A stretch of 64,000 nt of DNA from an uncultured delta proteobacterium (GCA_963848295.1 CAWKDB010000011.1:448001-512000), one strand, 5' to 3'. Shown: positions 38,959-55,427, counted from the first letter of the stretch. A program made the numbers and translations. The notes: generated from the sequence alone by a model not told the origin.

Positions 38959-39953
38959 GCACCGCCGCCGCCGCGAACGTCGAATCGACCGTCTCTGCTT
39001 TCACCGCCGATCTCGGCAAGCTGCGCGAAGAGATCGGCACGATGATCGTCGGTCAGGAGAAGATCGTCGAAGGTGTCCTGATGTGCCTGCTCGGCGGTGG
39101 TCACGCGCTGCTCGAGGGCGTACCCGGCCTCGGCAAGACGATGCTCGTGCGCACGCTCGCCGAAACGATCCACGCGACGTTCTCGCGCATCCAGTTCACA
39201 CCCGATCTGATGCCGGCCGACATCGTCGGCACGAACGTCATCGTCGAAGATGCGCAGGGCAAGCGGTTCGAGTTCCAGAAGGGCCCGATCTTCGCGCACA
39301 TCGTGCTCGCCGACGAGATCAACCGCGCGACGCCGAAGACCCAGTCGGCGCTGCTCGAAGCGATGAGCGAAGCGTCGGTCACGGTCGCGAAGCAGACCTA
39401 CAAGCTCGAGAAGCCATTCTTCGTGCTCGCGACCCAGAACCCACTCGAGATGGAAGGCACCTACCCGCTTCCCGAGGCGCAGCTCGATCGGTTCTTCATG
39501 AAGCTCGTCGTCGATTACCCCGACAAGGCCTCGCTCCACACGATCATCGACCGCACCACGACCGACGACGTGCCGCAGCCCAAAGCGGTGATCGAGAGGT
39601 CCCGGATCATGGAGATGCGCGAGCTCGTCCGCAAGGTGCCACTCGCGCGGCAGATCCAGGACTACGCGGTGCGCGTCGTGCTCGCGACCCACCCGGAGAA
39701 CCCCGAAGCGACGCCGTCGAGCAAGCACTACCTGCGCTACGGTGCGTCGCCGCGCGGGCTGCAGGCGATCATCCTCGCCGCGAAGATTCGCGCGCTGCTC
39801 GAAGGCCGTTACGCCGTCGCGATCGACGATATCCGCCACGTCGCCCCGGCCGCGCTTCGCCACCGGCTGATCCTCAACTTCGAAGGCGAAGCCGAGGGCG
39901 TCAAGGCCGACACGATCATCGCCGAGATCCTGAAGGCGACGAAGGAGACGTAG
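38955..39953 (+). CDS. moxR: MoxR-family AAA+ ATPase
   Basis: LLEGVPGLGKT, RIQFTPDLMPADI, LADEINRA, ATQNPLEMEGTYPLPEAQLDRF, GASPR. Confidence 0.96.
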   Translation: MSTAAAANVESTVSAFTADLGKLREEIGTMIVGQEKIVEGVLMCLLGGGHALLEGVPGLGKTMLVRTLAETIHATFSRIQFTPDLMPADIVGTNVIVEDAQGKRFEFQKGPIFAHIVLADEINRATPKTQSALLEAMSEASVTVAKQTYKLEKPFFVLATQNPLEMEGTYPLPEAQLDRFFMKLVVDYPDKASLHTIIDRTTTDDVPQPKAVIERSRIMEMRELVRKVPLARQIQDYAVRVVLATHPENPEATPSSKHYLRYGASPRGLQAIILAAKIRALLEGRYAVAIDDIRHVAPAALRHRLILNFEGEAEGVKADTIIAEILKATKET

Positions 39954-40909
39954 TGGTCGCGACCGCGAAGGCTGCGACCCGCGCGCCGAAGGCCCCTAAA
40001 CAAGGGATGCCGAACCGCGCCGCGGATCGCTCGGCTCTGTTCGACGAGCGGTTCCTGAAGACGCTCGAGCACCTCCACATGGTCGCTCGCAAGGTGTTCG
40101 CGGGAAACCTGCGCGCCGAGCGCCGCACCCGCAAGGTCGGCTCGGGCATCGAGTTCGCCGATCACCGCACCTACGCGCGCGGCGACGACTTTCGCTACAT
40201 CGATTGGAACCTGTACGGCCGGCTCGACAAGCTGCTGCTCCGGCTGTTCGAGGAAGAAGAAGACCTCCACATCTACATCCTCATCGACGTCTCGGATTCG
40301 ATGGCGATCGGCCAGCCGCTGCCGAAGCTGCACTATGCGATGCAAGTCGGCGCGGCGCTCACGTACGTCGGGTTGGCGAACCTCGATCGCGTGGCGATCA
40401 TCCCGTTCTCGGACCGCCTGATCGGCCGGCTCCCACCGTCGCGCGGCAAGAACCGGATCTTTCGCGTGTTCGACTTCTTGCGCAACGTAGAGCTCGGGGG
40501 CAAGACCGAGCTCGCCGAGTGCATGAAGCAGTTCGTCGCGCAGAACAAGCGGCGCGGCCTCGCGGTCGTGATCTCCGACTTCTACGACCCCGAGGGCTTC
40601 GAGCAGGGCCTCAACACGCTGCGCTATCACAAATTCGAGCCGTTCGTGCTCCAGGTCTACGACCAGCGCGAGGCCGCGCCGAAGCTCGCCGGCGACCTCG
40701 CGCTCGTCGATTGCGAGACCGGCGACACCCGAGAGGTGACGGTGTCGAAGTCGCTGCTCGAAGCCTACGAGGCCGAGCACGAGAAGTACTGCAAAGAGCT
40801 CGAGGCGTACTGCACGAAGTACGCGATGCCGTTCTTCCGCACGCACACCTCGATCCCGTTCGACGAGCTCGTGCTCAAGATCTTCCGCAGTGGCGGCTTC
40901 TTGCGATGA
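39953..40909 (+). CDS. DUF58 domain protein
   Basis: GSGIEFADHRTY..GDDFRYIDWN, IDVSDSM, VISDF. Alternative ATG at 40007. Confidence 0.92.
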   Translation: MVATAKAATRAPKAPKQGMPNRAADRSALFDERFLKTLEHLHMVARKVFAGNLRAERRTRKVGSGIEFADHRTYARGDDFRYIDWNLYGRLDKLLLRLFEEEEDLHIYILIDVSDSMAIGQPLPKLHYAMQVGAALTYVGLANLDRVAIIPFSDRLIGRLPPSRGKNRIFRVFDFLRNVELGGKTELAECMKQFVAQNKRRGLAVVISDFYDPEGFEQGLNTLRYHKFEPFVLQVYDQREAAPKLAGDLALVDCETGDTREVTVSKSLLEAYEAEHEKYCKELEAYCTKYAMPFFRTHTSIPFDELVLKIFRSGGFLR

Positions 40910-42921
40910 GCTTTCTGGGGCCGCTCCCGGCGACGTTGTTCGCGTACATCGCGGCGGGCGCTGCGGTGCTCGCGATCGGCGCGTACATCATCAAGATGCG
41001 GCGGCGCCGGTTCGAGGTGCCGTTCTCTCAGCTGTGGAAGCGCGTGCTCGAGCAGAAAGACGCGAACGCGCTGTGGAAGCAGCTGCGCCGGCTGATGTCC
41101 CTGCTGTTCATCCTGTTGATCCTCGGGCTCGTGTTGTTCGCGGCGCTCGATCCGACGCTCGGCTCGGTCTCGCACAAGGCGCGCAGTGTCGTGATCCTGG
41201 TCGACGCGTCGGCCTCGATGAAGGCGATGGACGGCGACAAGGCGGGCAAGCAAGCGCGGCTCGAGGTCGCGAAGGACCGCGCGAAGGCGCTGGTCGACTC
41301 GATGGGCGGCGGCGACCTCGCGATGGTGATGAAGGTCGATGGCCAGGCGACGCCAATGTCGCGGTTCTCGTCCGACGGGCCGATGCTCGACAAGGTCGTC
41401 GGCGGGATCGTCGCGAGCGACACACCGGCGGACCTACCGCGCGCGCTCGAGGCGGCCGCAGATGCGCTGCGCGACCGGCCGAATCCGTTGATCGTGTTGA
41501 TCTCGGACGGCGCGTTTCCGGAAGCGCAGCTCGGGATGGTGAAGTGGGGAGCGGCGCCGCCGGACAAGACGGCCTCGGACTCGAAAGACTTGGCGACGAT
41601 CGACCTGACCGGGATCGATGTCCGTTACATCCCGGTCGGGACGCGCAGTGACAACGTCGGCATCACCGCGTTCAACGTGCGCCGCTACATCGCGAACAAG
41701 GCGTCGTACGAGGTGTTCATCGAGATCCAGAACTTCGGGACCGAGCCCGCGCACCGCACGCTGACCTTGTCGAACGGCGAGACGGCGATCTCGGCGGGCA
41801 CGAAGATCGATCTCGCGCCGGGCGAACGAATCCGGAAGATCTACGAAAAGCTACCGGCGGGCGACGGCGAGCTGCGCGCCGCGCTTCGGCCGGTCGAGGG
41901 CGCGGGCGGCTCCGACCCGTTCGCGCTCGACGACACCGCGTTCGCGCTGCTGCCGGCTCGCAAGAAGCAAAAAGTCCTGCTCGTGACCGAGGACAACTTG
42001 TTCCTCGAGGGCGCCGTCCTCGTATTCGACGACGTCGAGGAGTACAAGTACAAGCCTGCGGAGTACGCCGCGAAGCCGTCGATCGCCGACGGCATGGACG
42101 TCGTGATCTTCGACGACTACACGCCCGACGTGCTGCCGCCACCACCGGCCAATCTGTTGTTCTTCCATCCGACCGGTCCGCACTCGCCGATCGCGGTGCG
42201 CGGCGAGACCCTGCAACCGCACATCACCGAGATCGACGAAGGTCACCCGACGATGCGCTGGCTGACGCTGTCCGACATTTACATGGACAAGAGCGGCGTG
42301 TTCGCGCCCGACGCCAAGCTCGGCGAGTCGACGATCGCGACCTCGGTCACCGACCCGATCATCGCGGCGAAGCGCGACGGCAAGCGCAAGATCCTCGCGG
42401 TCGGGTTCTCGCTGCCCGCCGATGGCCGCGACAGCGCGACCGACCTCCCGCTGCGCGTCGCGTTCCCGATGTTCATCGTCAACACGCTCGATTGGTTCGC
42501 GGGTGACCAGGCCGACTTGTTGACGACGTATGCGACCGGCAAGCGCGAGCGGATCCCGCTCGACGGCGTCGTCGGCGCGACCGATGCCGAGGTCAAAGGC
42601 CCCGACGGCTCGATCACGCGTACGCCGGTGATCGACGGGCTCGCGACGTTCTACGGCTCGCGCGTCGGCTACTACGACGTCGTCGCGAAGGGGCCGGATG
42701 GCCACGCGATGGCGCAGATCCAGCTCGCCGCGAACCTCGCGTCGGCGACCGAGTCCGATATCGCGCCATCCACGGTGCTGTCGCTCGGCGGCAAGAAGCT
42801 CGAGCCGCCCGAGGCGTTCGCGATCACGCACAGCCAGAAGCTGTGGATCTATCTCGTGCTGCTCGCCGGCGGGTTGATCGTGCTCGAGTGGATCACCTAT
42901 CACCGGAGGCTCACGGTGTGA
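40906..42921 (+). CDS. BatA-domain / vWA domain membrane protein
   Basis: N-terminal BatA-like YIIKMRRR..VPFS.LW, MIDAS DASASM, ISDG, NVGI, TDLPLRVAFP, C-terminal TM ending LEW. Confidence 0.88.
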   Translation: MSFLGPLPATLFAYIAAGAAVLAIGAYIIKMRRRRFEVPFSQLWKRVLEQKDANALWKQLRRLMSLLFILLILGLVLFAALDPTLGSVSHKARSVVILVDASASMKAMDGDKAGKQARLEVAKDRAKALVDSMGGGDLAMVMKVDGQATPMSRFSSDGPMLDKVVGGIVASDTPADLPRALEAAADALRDRPNPLIVLISDGAFPEAQLGMVKWGAAPPDKTASDSKDLATIDLTGIDVRYIPVGTRSDNVGITAFNVRRYIANKASYEVFIEIQNFGTEPAHRTLTLSNGETAISAGTKIDLAPGERIRKIYEKLPAGDGELRAALRPVEGAGGSDPFALDDTAFALLPARKKQKVLLVTEDNLFLEGAVLVFDDVEEYKYKPAEYAAKPSIADGMDVVIFDDYTPDVLPPPPANLLFFHPTGPHSPIAVRGETLQPHITEIDEGHPTMRWLTLSDIYMDKSGVFAPDAKLGESTIATSVTDPIIAAKRDGKRKILAVGFSLPADGRDSATDLPLRVAFPMFIVNTLDWFAGDQADLLTTYATGKRERIPLDGVVGATDAEVKGPDGSITRTPVIDGLATFYGSRVGYYDVVAKGPDGHAMAQIQLAANLASATESDIAPSTVLSLGGKKLEPPEAFAITHSQKLWIYLVLLAGGLIVLEWITYHRRLTV

Positions 42922-45656
42922 TGCGCAGCGCATGGAAAGCGCTGTTGCGTCCGGGGGCGCTGATCCGGCTCGGCCTCGCGGTGATCGCCGCGATCGCGAT
43001 CTGGTTCGCGATCTCCGCGTGGATCGGCGACCGCACCGCGATCCCGGTCGAGGTCGGTGCGAAGCCGATCACCCTGCTCGCGCCGGACTGGCTGCACCTC
43101 ATCGCGATCATCCCGGCGTTCTTCGTGCTGCGCGTGCTGTCGCTCACCGATCTGTCCGTCGCTGCAGCAAGTCGTCCAGGCGACGTTGCGCTCGCTCGTC
43201 ATCGCCGGCCTCGCGATCGCACTCGCGCGCCCGTCGTGGATCACGAAGACGAACAAGGTGTCGACCGTCGTGTTGGTCGACGTCTCCGACTCGATCTCGG
43301 ACAGGCAACTGTCTGCGGCCAAGGACTACGTCGACCAGATCGAGGCCCAGGAGAAAACCGGCGACGGCAACCTTCAGCTCATCACGTTCGCCGAGAAGCC
43401 GACCGCGGTGCGCAAGCCCGAAGGCCAGAAGCTGTCTGCGGCGATCGCGCGCCATGCCGGCGCCGGCGCCGGCACCGATATCCAGGCGGCGATGCAGCTC
43501 GCGTACGGCCTGTTCCCCGACGGCTACCTGCCGCGCATCGTGATCGTCACCGACGGCAACCAGACCGAGGGCGATGCCGCGGTCGAAGCCTATCGCGCGC
43601 ATGATCTCCACGTCCCGGTGTCGTGGCGCACGTTCGATCAAGACAAGACCGCGGAGGTCCGCGTCGTCGGCGTGACCGTCCCCGACGACATCAAGGTCGG
43701 TCAGCCGTTCGACGTCACCGCCGAGGTGTGGTCGACCGAGAAGCAGAACGTCACGCTCGCCCTCCAGCAAGACGAGTTCCCGAACGGCCTCGAGCCGCAG
43801 AAGACGCTCGAGCTGCATGAAGGCAAGAACATCATCAAGTTCAAGTCCGACGCGAAGCGCGCGGGCGCCACGACGTACCGGTTGCGCCTCGCGAAGTTCG
43901 AGCACGACACCGAGGCGAAGAACAACCAGGCGGTGATGACCGCGCCGGTCAAAGGCAAGCCGAACGTGCTCTACGTCGAGGGCGGCATCCTGCGCGAGCC
44001 CGGCTCGGCGAGCTACCTCAAGAAGGCGCTCGAGCACGAGAACATCGACGTCGAGGTTCGCGGCCCGACCGGCATCCCGACCGAATCCGAAGGCGCTCGA
44101 GAAGTACGACCTCGTGATCGTCAGCGACGTGCCGGCCTACCTGATGGGCGACGCCTCGATGCTCGCGCTCGACCGCTACGTCAAGGAGCTCGGCGGCGGC
44201 TTGATCATGGCCGGCGGTGAGGATTCGTTCGGCTCGGGCGGCTACGAGAACACGATGATCGAGAACATGATGCCGGTGCGGTTCGACTCGACGAAGACGA
44301 GCGAGCAGCCGGACGTCGCGCTCGTGTTGGTCATCGATCGCTCGGGCTCGATGCAGGGCCAGAAGATCGAAGCGGCGAAGGAAGCGGCACGCGCGACCGC
44401 CGACGTGCTCAACCCGAACGACTACATCGCGGTCGTCGCGTTCGACAGCGAAGCCCAGGTCTACGTCCGACCGACGCGCGCCGGCGCGAAGAGGCGGGAT
44501 CTCGATGGACATCGCGAAGCTGTCGGCCGGCGGCGGCACGAACATCTTGCCGGGCTTGCGCGAGGCGAACGAGATCCTCGACGGCATCAACGCGAAGGTC
44601 AAGCACGTGATCCTGATGACCGACGGCGAGGCGCCGACCGATGGCATCGCGGACCTCGTCGGCCAGATGCGCGACGAGCGGATCACGGTGTCGTGCGTCG
44701 GCGTCCAAGGCGCGGACAAGAATCTGCTGTCGATGATCGCCGATACCGGCGAAGGCCGGCTCTACATGGTCGAGGACATCGGCGCGCTTCCGAAGATCTT
44801 CATGAAGGAGACGCAAGAGGCGGAGAAGAGCCAGCTCGTCGAGGATCTCGTGCGCGTGCGGGTCGCAAAGCGCGTCGAGGCGATCGAAGGGACCGGCGTC
44901 GAGAACGCGCCGGCGCTGCACGGCTACGTCACGACGAAGGCGAAGCCGACGTCCGAGACGATCCTGATCTCCGACCTCGGCGAACCGATCCTCGCGCGCT
45001 GGCGCTACGGCGCGGGCACGAGCGTCGCGTGGACGAGCGACGTCAAGAACCGGTGGAGCGTCGATTGGATTCGCTGGGGCGGTTATCCGAAGTTCTGGGC
45101 GCAGGTCGTGCGGTCGTCGATGCGGCGCAAGATCTACGATAGCTACGACCTGTCCGCGAAGGTCGCGGATGGGCGGGCGCAGGTCACGGTCGACGCGATC
45201 GACGCGGGCGACAAGTTCGTCAACGAGCTCGACACCGACCTCGAGGTCATCGACCCCGCCACGAACAAGGTCATCCGGACGATGCCGATGCCGCAGACCG
45301 CCGCCGGCCGCTACAGCGCCGACTTCAAGATCCAGCACTACGGAAGCTACCTGCTGAAGGCCGTGCACAAGCGCGACGGCAAGACGGTCGCGGAGTCGCT
45401 CGGTGCGGTCGCCCTGTCCTACCCGCTCGAGTACCTGCGCACGACGCCGGATCTCGAGCCGCTCGAGCACGCGGCCAGGGTGTCGGGCGGGCTCGACCAG
45501 GCCGATCCAGCGAAGCTGTGGGACCCCGGCAAGGACAGCGTCGACTACACGCAAGACCTGTGGCCGTATGCGCTGCTCGGCGTCGTCGGCTTGTTCTTGC
45601 TCGACCTGTACGCGAAGCGCGTCCGGCTCTTCGGCTACCGCACGATCAAGTTCTAG
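42921..45656 (+). CDS. Double vWA plus GATase1-like domain membrane protein; apparent frameshifts near 43160, 44090 and 44490
   Basis: [68 protein letters not shown]-terminal TM. Confidence 0.85.
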
Positions 45657-45659
45657 ATG

Positions 45660-47797
45660 TCAGAACCGATACGCGATGCGCAGGAAGCCGTTGAGCCCGG
45701 TGATCGGCGGATCCGACGTCAGCGTCGTCGCGCCGGTCAGCATGGAGGCCGCCGAGTCGAGCGTCGTACGCGACAGGTAGAGCGTCGCGATCCCGAGCCA
45801 ATCGCGGTTGAACCGGTAGTAGACCGTCCCGCCGATCGTGATGACCGACGCGTTCGACACGCCGTAGCAGTCGACGACGGCGAGGCAGCCGGTGTTCGCG
45901 GTCGGCGACACCGGATCGATCGTGGCGGTCGTGTTGTTCGTGTCCTTGCTCGTCGAGTACTCGGCGTCGGCCTCCCACTCGCCTTTGCCGTTCGCGAGCT
46001 CGCGGCCCGCGTACAGCCGCGCCGCGAAGATGTCGGCGCGCTGGTAGGCAGTGTCGTCGCCGCCGCCGAACGCGAACGAGTCGAGCACGTCGGCGCCGAG
46101 GCGCAGGTCGGCGACCGAGCGGCGATCGGTGATCGCGGCGTAGAGCTCGATGCTCGATCCGGGCGGGATCTTCGCGCTCTCCGTCGTTCCGTCGGGCGAG
46201 TACAGCGTGAACGGCTGGCGCTCGCGGTACGTCGCCGCGACGGTGACCTCGAAACGCTGGAGGCTGCCGAGCCCGGCCGAGATGCTGCCGCGCGCCTCGT
46301 TCGACGCGAGCCTGCTGACGAAGATCTGGTTCTGGACGAGCGTCGTGTTCGAGCTCGGCTGGTTGAAGAACGCGTTCGCCTGCACGTTGAGTGTCTCGGT
46401 GTCGTAGCGGTTGTAGCTGCCGGTCAACCGCAGCTGCGGGTTCGGCTTGTAGTTGAGGCCGAGCGATAGGTTCGTGACGTTGAGCCCCGCGGACCCGATC
46501 AGATCGAGCACCGCGAAGTGATAGAAGTCGAGCTTGCTGCCGTAGCGCCAGTAGCCCTGCGCCGTGCCGAAGATGCGCGGGCCCTCTCCTTCGATCGGGA
46601 CCTCCGCGACGCCGCCGAACGAACCGTACGAGGACTCCGTGCGGTACGCGGCGCCGAACCCGCCGGCGGTCACGAGCTTGCCGACCGGGTCCAGCGACTG
46701 CGACGTGACGTTGTAGTCCTTGCGCAGATCGACGTAGTCGGTCGTGAGCGAGCGACTGCCGCGGACCGGGAACAAGCCGGCGAAGCCGAGCAGCGTGAAC
46801 CGCTGCGAGCTCGCGTAGTCGACGCGGATGCCGTCGATCTTCACCGCGCCGAGGTCGGCGATGAACTGGCGGCCGAGGAACAGGTCGGTGCGATCGCCGT
46901 TGCGCGCGACCCACAGCTCGCGCAGGTCGTATTCGTTCTCGCCGGTCAGCCCGGACTGGATGTGGTTCGGCACCGAGATCGTGCTCGTGTTGGCCGGCAC
47001 GTCGGTGTTGTCGGTGTCACCGGGATTGGCGACCAATCGGATCCGGCCGTCGACGCGCGCATCCCACGCGCCGCCGCTGATATGGCGAAAGTCGGTCTGC
47101 AGCCGGAGGTCGGTCCACAGCTCGGGGAAGCTCGACCCGTCGCTGCCGAGCGTGCTCGGTGGAGCGCCCATCCCGGTCGGGTACTGCCCGCTCGACTCGA
47201 AATAGAACAGTGACGTCGACGTCAGCGAGCCTTGAATCAGCGTCCCGTTCCTCGTCTTGTCGTCGTCGCGCTTGTCGACGAAGAACCGATCCTGCTCGAA
47301 CGCGTTCGTCTTCTTCGTGCTGCCCATGTCATGGCCGCTGAGGTCCTGCTTCTGCAGCGGTTGCTCGCCCGAGCCGCCGCCGCTGCCGCTATCGCTATCG
47401 CTCCCCCCGCCGCCGCCGCTGTCGTCGTCGCTTCCGGCTCCGACCGCATCCGCGCCGGTGACCTTCTTGCCGCCGAACTTCGACGTGTCGTTGCCGTCGT
47501 CGCTCTCGTCGTCGGCGGGCTTGGCCTTCGCTTTGGCCTTCGGCTTGTCGTCGTCGCTGTCGTCGTCGTCGTCGTCATCGCTCGGCTTGGCCTTCGCCTT
47601 CGCCTTTGCCTTGGCTTTCGCTTTGCTGTCCTTGGCGGCCTTGTCCTTGGCCTTCGGCTTGGCCTTCGGGGCGTCGTCGCTGTTGTCGTCGTCATCGTCG
47701 TCGCTGGCGGCGGAGGCGCCCTTTTTGTCCTTGCCCTTCGCGAAGCCGGCGTGCGGCCACGTCGCGGCGAGCACGAGCGCGAGCGCGAGGTAGCGCC

Positions 47798-47801
<4 letters not shown>
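45660..47801 (-). CDS. Putative outer-membrane beta-barrel protein with N-terminal charged low-complexity region
   Basis: Signal peptide VRRYLALALVLAATWPHAGFA; alternating-pattern beta strands (YDLRELWV, LFLGRQF, IDGIRVDY); C-terminal FLRIAYRF beta-signal. GTGA-coupled to the cytochrome gene. Confidence 0.75.
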
Positions 47802-50297
<2,496 letters not shown>

Positions 50298-50307
50298 CGA
50301 CCCGAGC

Positions 50308-52532
<2,225 letters not shown>

Positions 52533-52556
52533 CTCGCCCAAATCCGTTGCCAGATG

Positions 52557-52585
52557 AAAAAAGCCGACCGGGGAACGGTCACGGC
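52557..52585 (-). terminator. Intrinsic-terminator-like hairpin plus U6 in the leader of the cytochrome operon
   Basis: Minus strand GCC-GT-GACCG-TTCCC-CGGTC-GGC-TTTTTT, about 25 nt upstream of the ATG at 52532. Confidence 0.45.
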
Positions 52586-52641
52586 CAAGAGCCTTTGTGA
52601 AGCAATTGGCGAGCCCGGTCCCCGCACCGGTTTACGCTCTG

Positions 52642-52650
52642 ATTCTACCA
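52642..52650 (-). promoter_or_regulatory. Possible extended -10 element (TGGTAGAAT)
   Basis: Matches TGnTAnAAT about 110 nt upstream of the operon start; no convincing -35. Confidence 0.35.
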
Positions 52651-52652
52651 GC

Positions 52653-53268
52653 ATGCGCGGCGCAAATGTCGACCCGAGAACGATCGTCCGGAGCCTGCTG
52701 ACCCCAGGCCGGGCATTTCTCATCGCAATCGGCCTGTCGCTCGACGGCGGTCAGGCGTCACATGCAGACAATTTCGTACCGACCCAGACCGATCCCGATG
52801 CGCCGGCGCGGACCTCGCAACCGTCGGTACCACCGGCCCATTTCCGACCGACCTGGGACCTCGACGGTTTGTACCTGTGGCTCGGCCCGTCGGGCGCGGG
52901 CGGCTACCTCGACAAGCAGTGGGACTCGACGTTCGGCGGCGATTTCTCGCTGATCCGGGTGCGCGAGCACGACTTGCTGGGCGCGGTCGGAGCGGCATCT
53001 CGGGCGCCTCGCGCTGGACGACCCGCGACGCCGGCCTGGTCTGGATCGACGGCCTGGTCGGAACGCGGGTGCTCGGCCACATGGTCGGCGCGTCGCTCGG
53101 CCCGCTGGTCGAGCTGTCGAGCCTGCGACCATCCGCGCGGTCGGGGTATCGGCGGGCCTGTGGGCGTTCGTCGGCGTCACTCCGTACGTCCGCGTCGGCG
53201 TCGTCGACGGATCGGGCGGCTTCGTGGAACTCGGCGTCCACATTGCCCTTCCGATATGGCGGCATTGA
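52653..53268 (+). CDS. Hypothetical exported, small beta-barrel-like protein; apparent frameshifts
   Basis: Signal-like segment, WDLDGLYLWLGP, and ..TPYVRVG..GFVELGVHIALPIWRH stop when frames are stitched. Start uncertain. Confidence 0.55.
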
Positions 53269-53293
53269 CAGCGCATTGCGCTCGGGGTAACCA
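53265..53293 (+). promoter_or_regulatory. Putative sigma70 promoter of tRNA-Pro
   Basis: Perfect TTGACA at 53265-53270, 17-nt spacer, weak -10 TAACCA, 11 nt before the tRNA. Confidence 0.45.
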
Positions 53294-53304
53294 CGATCTC
53301 CTTA

Positions 53305-53378
<74 letters not shown>

Positions 53379-53381
53379 CTG

Positions 53382-53407
53382 CCGCGGAGGCTCCCGAGCC
53401 TCCGCGG
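53382..53407 (+). terminator. Hairpin just downstream of the tRNA (terminator or processing stem)
   Basis: CCGCGGAGGCT-CCCG-AGCCTCCGCGG, 11-bp perfect stem; weak U-tract. Confidence 0.55.
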
Positions 53408-53431
53408 GACGTTTCGGGCTACCATCGACAC

Positions 53432-54056
<625 letters not shown>

Positions 54057-54065
54057 GCTGCGCCG

Positions 54066-54728
54066 GTGGTACCGACGGTCGTCCTCGAACGCGTGCGCGC
54101 ACCCGGCGGCGAGCTCGTCCTGAACCAGCGCGGTAAGCAGTTCTGGATCCAACTGGCCGGGGTCGAGCTGATGAACAGCCGAGATCACAGCTCGGAGGAC
54201 GAGCTCGGCCGGCGCGCGATCGCGAAGCTCGACGATCGGTCGCGCGCCTCGGTGTTGGTCGGTGGCCTGGGGTTGGGGTTCACGCTACGCGCCGCGCTCG
54301 ACGTCTTGCCTGCCGCGGCGCGGGTCGACGTCGTCGAGATCGTGCCCGCGGTGGTGCGCTGGAACCGCGAGATCTTCGGGGGCTTGGCCGGGCATCCGCT
54401 GTCCGATCCGCGCGTCACCGTGATCGAAGGAGACGTCGGAGACGTGATCGCGCAGGCAGACCGCCGCTACGACGTGATCGTGATCGATGTCGACAACGGC
54501 CCGGAGGGCGTCGGCTTCGCCAACACGACGCTGTACCGGCGGACCAGCCTCGCGGCGATGCTGCGAGCGCTCACCCCAGGCGGCGTGCTCGGGGTGTGGT
54601 CGTCGTTCCCGTCGCCGACGTTCACCCACTCGCTCAACGCCGTCGGGTTCGCGGCCGAGGCCGTGAAGCTCCGCTCGAAGTTCAGCGGCGGCCCGACGCA
54701 TCACCTCTGGTTCGCGCGCCGACCGTAG
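54066..54728 (+). CDS. Spermidine-synthase-like SAM-dependent methyltransferase
   Basis: VLVGGLGLGFTL, VVEIVP, DVDNGP, GGVLGVWS. Confidence 0.85.
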   Translation: MVPTVVLERVRAPGGELVLNQRGKQFWIQLAGVELMNSRDHSSEDELGRRAIAKLDDRSRASVLVGGLGLGFTLRAALDVLPAAARVDVVEIVPAVVRWNREIFGGLAGHPLSDPRVTVIEGDVGDVIAQADRRYDVIVIDVDNGPEGVGFANTTLYRRTSLAAMLRALTPGGVLGVWSSFPSPTFTHSLNAVGFAAEAVKLRSKFSGGPTHHLWFARRP

Positions 54729-54752
54729 GAGGCCGCGTGCTAGCGTTCGGGC

Positions 54753-55421
54753 GTGACCCTGCCGATCCGCATCGCGCCCTCGATCCTGTCCGCCGATTTC
54801 GGCAAGCTTGCCGCCGAGGTCGCCGCCGTCGCGAGCGCGGACTACGTCCACGTCGACGTGATGGACGGCCACTTCGTGCCGAACCTGACGATCGGGCCGG
54901 TCGTCGTCGAGGCGGTCAAGCGCGCGACCACGCTGCTGCTCGACGTCCATCTGATGATCGAAGACGCCGAGCGCTGGGTCGGCGCGTACGCGCAGGCCGG
55001 CGCCGATATCATCGCCGTCCACGTCGAGGCCTGTCCGCACCTCCATCGCACGATCGGACAGATTCGCGACCTCGGCAAGAAGGCGTGCGTCGTGTTGAAT
55101 CCGGCCACGCCGCCCGAGCTGATCGAGTACGTGCTCGGCGACGTGGACCAGGTGCTCGTGATGTCGGTCAACCCCGGCTTCGGCGGGCAATCGTTCATCG
55201 CGAGCTCGGTCGACAAGATCCGAGTGGTGCGCCGGATGATCGAGGCGCGCGGCCTCGACGTCGAGATCGAGGTCGACGGCGGCATCAAGGTCGACAACAT
55301 CGGCGCGGTCGCCGCGGCCGGGGCGAACGTGTTCGTCTCGGGCTCGGGCGTGTTCGGCACGAAGGACTACGCGCACACGATCGCGCTGCTCCGCCGGCAT
55401 GCCGAGAGTGCGCAGAGCTGA
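54753..55421 (+). CDS. rpe: Ribulose-phosphate 3-epimerase
   Basis: IAPSILSADF, HVDVMDGHFVPNLTIG, DVHLMI, MSVNPGFGGQ, EVDGG. Confidence 0.98.
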   Translation: MTLPIRIAPSILSADFGKLAAEVAAVASADYVHVDVMDGHFVPNLTIGPVVVEAVKRATTLLLDVHLMIEDAERWVGAYAQAGADIIAVHVEACPHLHRTIGQIRDLGKKACVVLNPATPPELIEYVLGDVDQVLVMSVNPGFGGQSFIASSVDKIRVVRRMIEARGLDVEIEVDGGIKVDNIGAVAAAGANVFVSGSGVFGTKDYAHTIALLRRHAESAQS

Positions 55422-55427
55422 GATCGT

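Noticed and set aside
52538..52553. Sigma54-like TGGCAAC-N4-TTGG on the minus strand
   Set aside because: Lacks the -12 GC and is too close to the start codon.
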